The notes under the pieces: model-generated | What the model was told of the DNA's origin: nothing | Databases searched by the model: none | The model's input: the letters and a program-made list of their open reading frames with translations, nothing else | Shown: positions 57,717 through 64,000 of the stretch, in pieces | Layout of the letters: each line of letters opens with the position of its first letter | Numbering within the stretch: position 1 is the first letter of the stretch | Assembly (NCBI GenBank): GCA_036121365.1 | Contig: JAZAFR010000001.1 | Coordinates: 42,026-106,025, forward strand | Reading direction: 5' to 3' | Source of the DNA: Pseudomonadota bacterium | GTDB taxonomy: Bacteria; Pseudomonadota; Gammaproteobacteria; Comchoanobacterales; Comchoanobacteraceae | Length of the DNA stretch: 64,000 nt | Translations under genes and position numbers: made by a program

Positions 57717-59048
57717 TCAGCCTATATTGTATTGGCCATATGCTGGGAATTGATTGTCTGGTAAATCACCATGCTGGACTGCTTCTACCGATGCTTCTTG
57801 ACCATCCCAAGAAAAACCTAACCCACCAATACCTTGAAATGAATCACCACTTGAACTTGAAGAGCTCTCCTGAATAGATCTGTCAACACAACCCAACCCA
57901 GGTTGATTCATAACTGGCACGCTGTGACTTGCATCTTGCTGCTGACCTCGCTCTGAAGGAGGCAGAGAGGGACAATTGCTACTCACTTGAGACGCTGTCA
58001 TTGTTCTAACATCCCTTTTTTTTGACCCTGACAGAAGCTTTTCTTTGGCTCTGGACGCCGCGGCATCCTCTCTTTTTCTTTTGACTCTTTGCCTTGCTTC
58101 TGGACTATTCCTCAGCTACATTGGGACGCCTATCTTTCTTTCAATATACTGGCTTCTTAATGCTTTACCCTGGTCTGTACACACACCATTTTGCCAGTAT
58201 GTATTGGCTAGCTTAGCACCCTTTCCTCTTAAGACCCCACAATATTCGTGGCACGACACACCGCTTGTTCCTTCCACTTTTGCTGCCTTCATAAATACAG
58301 CATGCAGCTTTTCAAAACCTTGCTCGTCTTTCTATTTTTTGAGTTCTAATTTATCTACCAGTGCTTGAAATTCTTTACTAGAATTCATGTATTTTCCTAT
58401 GTTTTTGCCCACCAAATACAATAAGGTCGTTCTTCCATGACTGTCATATTCCATTAACTGTTTTTTATTAAACCTTTCCAAGCATTTTTTTATTGAATTT
58501 TTGTGCAATTCATTTTTTTCAGGCTCTTCGAATATCCATTCAAATTCGTCAAAACTGTATTGGCTCTGCCCTGCACACTGATCTGCCTTTTGAAGTAAAA
58601 CTTGAAGCGCATTACTACCCCCTTCCTCTAAACCAAGCACACTATCACTTTTCACAATTTGATCTATTATCTGATCTAACAAACCCTGCACAACCTCGTT
58701 TTGCCCATTCTCTTCTAACCGATCAATTAATACAAGCATTGGCGTTTTATTTTCTAGACCTTGTATCTTTTTAGTGGACAATCCCCCCTCTTGTTTCAGC
58801 ACCTCACTCAAAAAATATCCACTATTTTCAGACGAACTCAAAACTATTGTCTTCATAACACTCTCTAAACTAAAGATTCTCGCCTCTAGAATCGAGTTAA
58901 ATATTTTTATGTGGTTCTCTCTGATGGCCATTTCAAGTAAATTCATGCCGTCGTACACCCCATCTTTCAACCAGCCTTTGATATTTATGTCGCGAGACGT
59001 CACCTCGTTTATAAGCATTTGTACGATTTCTAGATTGCCATATACCAT
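57717..59048 (-). pseudogene. Ankyrin-like gene remnant: one reading frame interrupted by two in-frame TAG codons and truncated at the 5' end
   Basis: ORFs 58332..59048 and 57717..58001 are in the same frame (58331-58001 = 330 nt). The only stops between them are TAG at 58332-58334 and 58116-58118. The first ORF starts inside an ANK helix (GNLEIVQMLI), with an in-frame TAA immediately upstream. Confidence 0.6.
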
Positions 59049-59189
59049 TTATTCACGCATCATATTGTGTGGGATATTGATGGCTTTTATACCATATCAC
59101 AGCATCGAATACTGTTCAATTTTTTGTGCATTCACTCCCTTACTTCTTACCAGAATAGGCATGTGAAATGACACGCATTGGACCAAGTC

Positions 59190-59669
59190 CTAGCCCCTAA
59201 GAGCTGGGCTTGATGCGCGATTAGTCACTGATTCTAGCTCTTCGGGCACTGGTCCAGTAGCACGAGGTACTGGCATCTCTTGAGCGGGCACACTGCTGAA
59301 CATCAGCTCTCTGTTTTCACTCAATCTACAGGTCACGGTTGTTTTGCCATGATCCTGCATCTCTGGTTGACTGGGCTCACTGGCAAAGGTAAAAAATTGA
59401 TTTAGTTGCCATTTTTGTGAGCATTTAACCATTTTCATTTTATTGCTGCCAAGGGTTGAACTTGATGCGCGAGTGGTCACTGATTCTAGCTCTTCGGGCA
59501 CTGGTCCAGTAGCACGAGGTACTGGCATCTCTTGAGCGGGCACACTGCTGAACATCAGCTCTCTGTTTTCACTCAATCTACAGGTCACGGTTGTTTTGCC
59601 ATGATCCTACATACCTACTTGACAGCTAAGATGGGGATTTTGTTGAAATTCTTTTGAGTATTCTGTCAT
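59190..59669 (-). pseudogene. Tandemly duplicated small gene (2 x 84 aa) with an amber codon at codon 21
   Basis: ATG 59669 has AGGAAG 5 nt upstream. 20 codons follow, then TAG (59607-59609), then 138 in-frame codons to the stop at 59190. The paralogous position in the second unit is CAG. Confidence 0.55.
59209..59610. repeat. Direct repeat: two ~150-bp cores at a 252-bp period, 147/150 identical
   Basis: cttgatgcgcga...gccatgatcct occurs at 59209 and 59461. By eye there are three mismatches: gattag vs gagtgg (2 nt) and ctgcat vs ctacat (1 nt). Confidence 0.9.
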
Positions 59670-59882
59670 TTTCACTTCCTTTATCTGTTAGTTGGACAAT
59701 TATACTTGCATGGAGCCTCGTCCACAACTTTTTCACTTAACTTTTTCTTATTCACCTAACTTTTTATTACTCCATAAAAATTGACGTCCATTCATTTGCT
59801 TCTTCGCTAATTTTTCTTTTTGGTTGTGGTAATTTCACCCGCTCTTGTGCTATTATCATATCAGTTTATTCAATGATGTCAT

Positions 59883-61562
59883 ATGGTAGTAAGAACACGC
59901 TTTGCCCCCTCCCCCACTGGATCTCTTCATATTGGCGGCGCCAGAACCGCTTTGTACAATTACTTATTGGCCAAAAAGATGCAGGGCCAGTTTATTTTAC
60001 GCATAGAAGATACTGACAAAGAACGCAATAGCCAAGAATCCCTCAACAACCTGCTACAAGAGCTACAGTGGATGGGGTTGAACTGGGATGAAGGGGTTGA
60101 TGTCAAAACGCAACAGTCTTTTGGCCCTCATGGTCCATATCAGCAGAGTCAGCGTAATGACATTTACGCAGATTATGCAAAAAAACTCATCGATTCTGGC
60201 CAAGCATACTATTGCTTTGCGGATGAACAGACCATTACGGACCATAAAGAAGCCCACGCAGACCAACCTCAAATTCACTTCCAAAGTGCAGATAGAAACC
60301 AAAGCTTGTCTGATGCAAAAAAGCGTCTTGACCAAGGAGAAAAAGCCGTCATTCGCTACAAAAACACCCATGAGGATGAGACCTTCTCTCTCAACGATCT
60401 TGTCAGAGGGAATATTACTCTGCCTGGGAATATGATTGGGGATTTTATCTTGTTGCGCGCTGATGGCAGTCCCGTCTATAACTTCTGCTGTGCCATTGAT
60501 GATAGCCTCATGGAAATCACCCACGTCTTGCGCGGAGAAGAACATCTTCCAAATACCCTAAGACAACTCATGATCATTGACGCTCTTGGATTCAAACGTC
60601 CTGAGTATGGACACCTGTCTCTTATTCTTGGAGAGGGCAATAAAAAACTGTCTAAACGTGATGGAGCCGCTAGCATCTCAGATTTCCAATCACAAGGCTA
60701 TCTGCATGAAGGTCTCATCAACTATCTTGCCCTGCTTGGCTGGAGCGATCCAGATAGTAGAGAGATCCTCAGTCTGACAGAACTGGAACAAGCATTCAGC
60801 ACCGATAGACTGAACCCTGCAGCACCTCATTTTGATCAATTGAAACTTCGTTGGGTCAATCACCAACAAATCCAAGCCTACGACTCCAAAAAGCTCTATC
60901 AAGGCTGCTTGCCTTTTCTTGAGAAGGCCAACCTTATGTTGCCACAAAGTGAACAATGGCTTGAGAACACTCTGCCCTTATTTCAATCTGATCTTCACAC
61001 ACTGGCCGACATATGCCCAATTTTCACACGCCTTTGTGACCATTCAGCCCTACTCACAGACGACGCTTTTGATGTCTTAAAATGGGGTCATACCCCCACG
61101 CTTCTGCGTGATTGGCTGTCTGAACTCTTTTCACAGCTCACGCCTGCTACCATCACCATTCCTGCTGATTCTGGTGATTACTTCACGCAATGCACCCTAG
61201 AAAACCCACAGCTTCCAGAAGCAGTCGATTTTCTCATTGACTCACTCTCTCAAGACCAACATCTTGATAAAATATTGCCACACACACTGTATCAACTCAT
61301 TGATCAACTTTTCCAAAGTGGCCCTTCTGAGCTTCAAACACAATTGCAATCTTTTCTGGACATCAACGTTTATCAAAGCATTACAAAAACCTTACAAAAT
61401 AAACACAATGTCAACGGCAAAGAACTTTTCATGCCCTTGCGGGTTGCAATGATTGGCAATAATCAAGGTTTGGACTTGAAACTGGCCTGCCAGCTCATCC
61501 CTCTTGGAAGCCTCATCAAACGCGCTGTTTATGCTGTAATTGCCACCAAAAACCTCACCTAA
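59883..61562 (+). CDS. gltX: Glutamyl-tRNA synthetase, unusually long (559 aa)
   Basis: RFAPSPTGSLHIGGARTA (HIGH) and KLSKR motifs. The C-terminus reads LFMPLRVAMIG. Extra sequence lies before the C-terminal helix. Confidence 0.95.
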   Translation: MVVRTRFAPSPTGSLHIGGARTALYNYLLAKKMQGQFILRIEDTDKERNSQESLNNLLQELQWMGLNWDEGVDVKTQQSFGPHGPYQQSQRNDIYADYAKKLIDSGQAYYCFADEQTITDHKEAHADQPQIHFQSADRNQSLSDAKKRLDQGEKAVIRYKNTHEDETFSLNDLVRGNITLPGNMIGDFILLRADGSPVYNFCCAIDDSLMEITHVLRGEEHLPNTLRQLMIIDALGFKRPEYGHLSLILGEGNKKLSKRDGAASISDFQSQGYLHEGLINYLALLGWSDPDSREILSLTELEQAFSTDRLNPAAPHFDQLKLRWVNHQQIQAYDSKKLYQGCLPFLEKANLMLPQSEQWLENTLPLFQSDLHTLADICPIFTRLCDHSALLTDDAFDVLKWGHTPTLLRDWLSELFSQLTPATITIPADSGDYFTQCTLENPQLPEAVDFLIDSLSQDQHLDKILPHTLYQLIDQLFQSGPSELQTQLQSFLDINVYQSITKTLQNKHNVNGKELFMPLRVAMIGNNQGLDLKLACQLIPLGSLIKRAVYAVIATKNLT

Positions 61563-61574
61563 ATTGGGTGGATT

Positions 61575-62597
61575 ATGATTGCACGAGTATTCCCCAAAAC
61601 ACGCATGCGAAGACTCAGGAAGCATTCCTGGCTGCGCGAACTCACACAAGAGCATACCCTTCATGCCAAAGACCTAATTTTACCATTGTTCATTCATGAA
61701 TCTCCTGTCACTGAGCCCATTTCCTCTTTGCCCGGTACGTTCCGATATGGCCTGACAGATCTACTAAAAATCTGCCAAGACGCAGCTCAACTGGGAATCC
61801 CCGCAGTGGCACTGTTTCCCGTCGTCAATGATGATAAAAAAGACCCTTCCGGTAGCGAGGCATTCAATCCAGACAACATCATTTGTCAAGCTGTCTGTGC
61901 CATTAACGCTTTGAATCTTGACCTTGGTATCATTTGTGACTGCGCGCTGGACCCTTATACCAATCACAGTCATGATGGCGTTTTACAAGCCGATGGCGAT
62001 GTGGATAACGACAGCACCATTGCACTGCTAGCCAAACAGGCCATTTTATTGGCTCAGGCAGGCTGTCATGTCATTGCCCCATCAGATATGCAAGATGGAA
62101 GAGTTGGCTACATTCGATCAGCGCTTGACCAAAACCATTTCCATGAAGTTTCTATTTTGTCATACACCGCAAAATATGCTTCTCATCTCTACGCTCCTTT
62201 TAGAGATGCTGTGGGCGCTCACGGCATAAAAAATTCAGCTCATCCTGGTCAAAAGCTTGATAAGAAAACCTATCAGATGAATCCAGCAAACCGTCAGGAA
62301 GCACTACATATTGCCAGGTCTCACTTATCTGAAGGTGCAGACTGCTTGATGGTTAAACCTGCCACATCTTATCTGGATGTCCTTTATCACATTCAACAAG
62401 ATACCAAGGCACCAGTTTTTGCCTATCAAGTCAGCGGCGAATACCATATGCTGAAAACATTCTCTTCCCACATGCACATTGACTTTTTGGATATCTTATA
62501 CGAGAACTTGATTGCCTGTAAACGCGCTGGCGCCAGCGCTATTTTGACTTATGGTGCAATCGAAATGGCTAGAGCACTCCAAACAACCCATGGATGA
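61575..62597 (+). CDS. hemB: Porphobilinogen synthase (delta-aminolevulinate dehydratase), Asp-rich (non-zinc) metal-site type
   Basis: 340 aa. DCALDPYTNHSHDG sits where zinc enzymes have a Cys triad. Has the active-site Lys regions typical of HemB. Confidence 0.95.
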   Translation: MIARVFPKTRMRRLRKHSWLRELTQEHTLHAKDLILPLFIHESPVTEPISSLPGTFRYGLTDLLKICQDAAQLGIPAVALFPVVNDDKKDPSGSEAFNPDNIICQAVCAINALNLDLGIICDCALDPYTNHSHDGVLQADGDVDNDSTIALLAKQAILLAQAGCHVIAPSDMQDGRVGYIRSALDQNHFHEVSILSYTAKYASHLYAPFRDAVGAHGIKNSAHPGQKLDKKTYQMNPANRQEALHIARSHLSEGADCLMVKPATSYLDVLYHIQQDTKAPVFAYQVSGEYHMLKTFSSHMHIDFLDILYENLIACKRAGASAILTYGAIEMARALQTTHG

Positions 62598-62862
62598 CTT
62601 GCCCGCTTTCACCCTTCACTCTGATATATGAGTCCAGGCCATTTATTACCCGCCACAGCCAGAGCTGTTGTTAGGTCTTTTGTAGCCGTCCTCAAATTTT
62701 CCTCTTCCAGTATTCTTACTTTCTTTATAATCTAGTTGTTCCTTTTTCAGCTTCTTTTTTATTCCCTCCTATCTTCTTTGCAAACTCTCTTAATTTCCCT
62801 CCCCAAGAAGAGCTACGAGTTTTAGAGCTACCAGTTTCACTGGATTGTTCTCCCTCAAGAAG

Positions 62863-63702
62863 TTATTCTACCATCTTATCATGCGCATCATACTGATAAT
62901 TTCCATCACCATTATCCGGTTCACCTTCCCCCCAGAGCTGGGTCCTCGCATCTTTATAAGAAATTCCTTCATGATCTAAGCCCATTTCTTCATCATCACT
63001 ACCCGATCCATTACCACCGTAAAGCAGGTTCCTAATTTCTTGATCCGAAAAAACCTTCTCTTGTCCATTACTGATGGTCTGAGCTGAACTCCCAAGATCC
63101 CACCAATTTTGACTTTCCTCTAAATTTCTAAGCGTCTCTTCATGCCTTTCTCTGCTATTTTTTCCACTATAGAACTTTTTATTTTTCACTATTGCAGTCA
63201 TATATTCCCTTGTCTTGTCTAGCATTGCCTTGTCACCACCAACAACTCCATTTTTATTCTTAAAATAATTTTCAAGATCTTTAAAATCATTTCTTAATTT
63301 TTTGTTCCTGCTAAATAACATCGGGGCTCTCTTCTTCATTGCTGTAATGCATTCTAGAAGAAGTTCAGCTTGATCATCACTGGGTGGATTCGTATCAACT
63401 CCTTGATCAGGCACCTCTACATATGCTTGTGCCACTTCTCCTGTTGCTACTACTCTACTATCTGAGCCAGTGTCTAATCCTTGATCAGGCCCCTCTGCAC
63501 TGGCGACAAAACCCGGTGTCCACTTTTTTCCATTTGCTTCGCCCCATACAAGGACATTCTCAGGAAGCTGTATATTTTCTAATTTTACCCCTGAGGGAGG
63601 ACTTTGCATCCATTCTGGCCTATAAATTTCGCGTACTTCTTTTATTTGTCCTTGAATTTTATCGATATCAAGTTGATGCTTAGCAATCTCCTCCTGTGTC
63701 AT
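62863..63702 (-). CDS. Hypothetical acidic protein (279 aa)
   Basis: Long ORF rich in Asp/Glu/Gly. No family recognised. It may be the 3' part of a gene split by a frameshift; see findings. Confidence 0.7.
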   Translation of the reverse strand: MTQEEIAKHQLDIDKIQGQIKEVREIYRPEWMQSPPSGVKLENIQLPENVLVWGEANGKKWTPGFVASAEGPDQGLDTGSDSRVVATGEVAQAYVEVPDQGVDTNPPSDDQAELLLECITAMKKRAPMLFSRNKKLRNDFKDLENYFKNKNGVVGGDKAMLDKTREYMTAIVKNKKFYSGKNSRERHEETLRNLEESQNWWDLGSSAQTISNGQEKVFSDQEIRNLLYGGNGSGSDDEEMGLDHEGISYKDARTQLWGEGEPDNGDGNYQYDAHDKMVE

Positions 63703-63706
63703 GTCT

Positions 63707-64000
63707 TTAAAAACTTTCTCGATATATTTTTTTTGTTTTCCAACTTTTCACTTGAGTAAAAATTGTCAGAACAGCCATTTTGCTTGTGTTTAATGTTTCA
63801 TTTGGATAATCAGGATGTCTCGTCACATTGTCGATTTTAAAATTTGAGACTTCGTCATTTTTAGCTATAGATTCAAGCATTTTACTGAGTGCATACAGCC
63901 TATGTTTTGGATCTTCACTCTCTAACAATTGTTTTTGCACTTTATTTAGGTTCGTAAAAGTGCTCTTGAGTCTTAGCAATGCGGCTGCCATCCCCAATAC
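63707..64000 (-). CDS. Hypothetical protein, probably 5'-truncated by the window edge
   Basis: The frame is open to position 64000 (codon gta upstream of the tracked TTG start at 63997). Stop at 63707. Confidence 0.55.
   Translation of the reverse strand, partial: VLGMAAALLRLKSTFTNLNKVQKQLLESEDPKHRLYALSKMLESIAKNDEVSNFKIDNVTRHPDYPNETLNTSKMAVLTIFTQVKSWKTKKIYRESF

Noticed and set aside
57717-59669. Reassignment or suppression of the TAG codon as an explanation for the three in-frame ambers
   Set aside because: TAG terminates well-supported genes in the same window (sufD at 2972-2974 and the ORF ending at 12524). No tRNA(CUA) is present here. Pseudogenisation is simpler.
59833-59843. Candidate att-like repeat of the tRNA-Thr 3' end upstream of gltX
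   Set aside because: Only about 9 of 11 positions match and there is no integrase. This is insufficient to define island borders.
62725-62862. 47 stop-free, charged codons continuing in frame after the TAA of ORF 62863..63702
   Set aside because: This could be a remnant of a longer ancestral gene. However, a 47-codon open stretch is not improbable by chance, and further stops follow immediately.

Overview
AT-rich window with an excess of C over G on the + strand. It looks like a gammaproteobacterial chromosome from a host-associated, probably intracellular, lineage. That call is an inference from synteny and gene content; no searches were possible.

The recognisable core genes are: sufBCD; rpsT; ispB divergent from rplU-rpmA-obg; pcm; uvrA; an L,D-transpeptidase; nadD; an MdtABC-like set of one adaptor plus two RND pumps; hemE; an aromatic amino acid permease; a murU-like nucleotidyltransferase; a zf-CHCC protein; an orphan adaptor; an MFS transporter; rdgC; tRNA-Thr(UGU); gltX; and hemB.

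About 27 kb, roughly two fifths of the window, is lineage-specific ORFs with no family I can name. These include giant proteins of 1312, 1717 and 1437 aa, and one of at least 871 aa. They are polytopic-membrane, ankyrin-repeat, coiled-coil and tandem-repeat proteins, which is the profile of translocated effectors or vacuole-membrane proteins.

Main observations:
- An unbroken minus-strand ORF of at least 871 codons at 1..2614 is absent from the supplied ORF track because it runs off the left edge.
- Near-identical in-gene tandem repeats occur as 51 bp x4, 123 bp x3, 264 bp x2 and 252 bp x2.
- A small decaying region lies downstream of tRNA-Thr, with three in-frame TAG codons in two adjacent genes.
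- Two ORFs at the right edge would be fused by a 1-nt change in an A8 tract.
- Ribosomal protein L21 carries a 70-aa Lys/Ala-rich histone-H1-like tail.
- gltX is elongated and lies 12 nt upstream of hemB.

I found no rRNA, CRISPR array, transposase, integrase, secretion-apparatus gene or canonical defence system. The best candidate for novelty is the effector-like ORFan set, not a discrete multi-gene machine. All functional calls rest on motif recognition by eye and need database confirmation.
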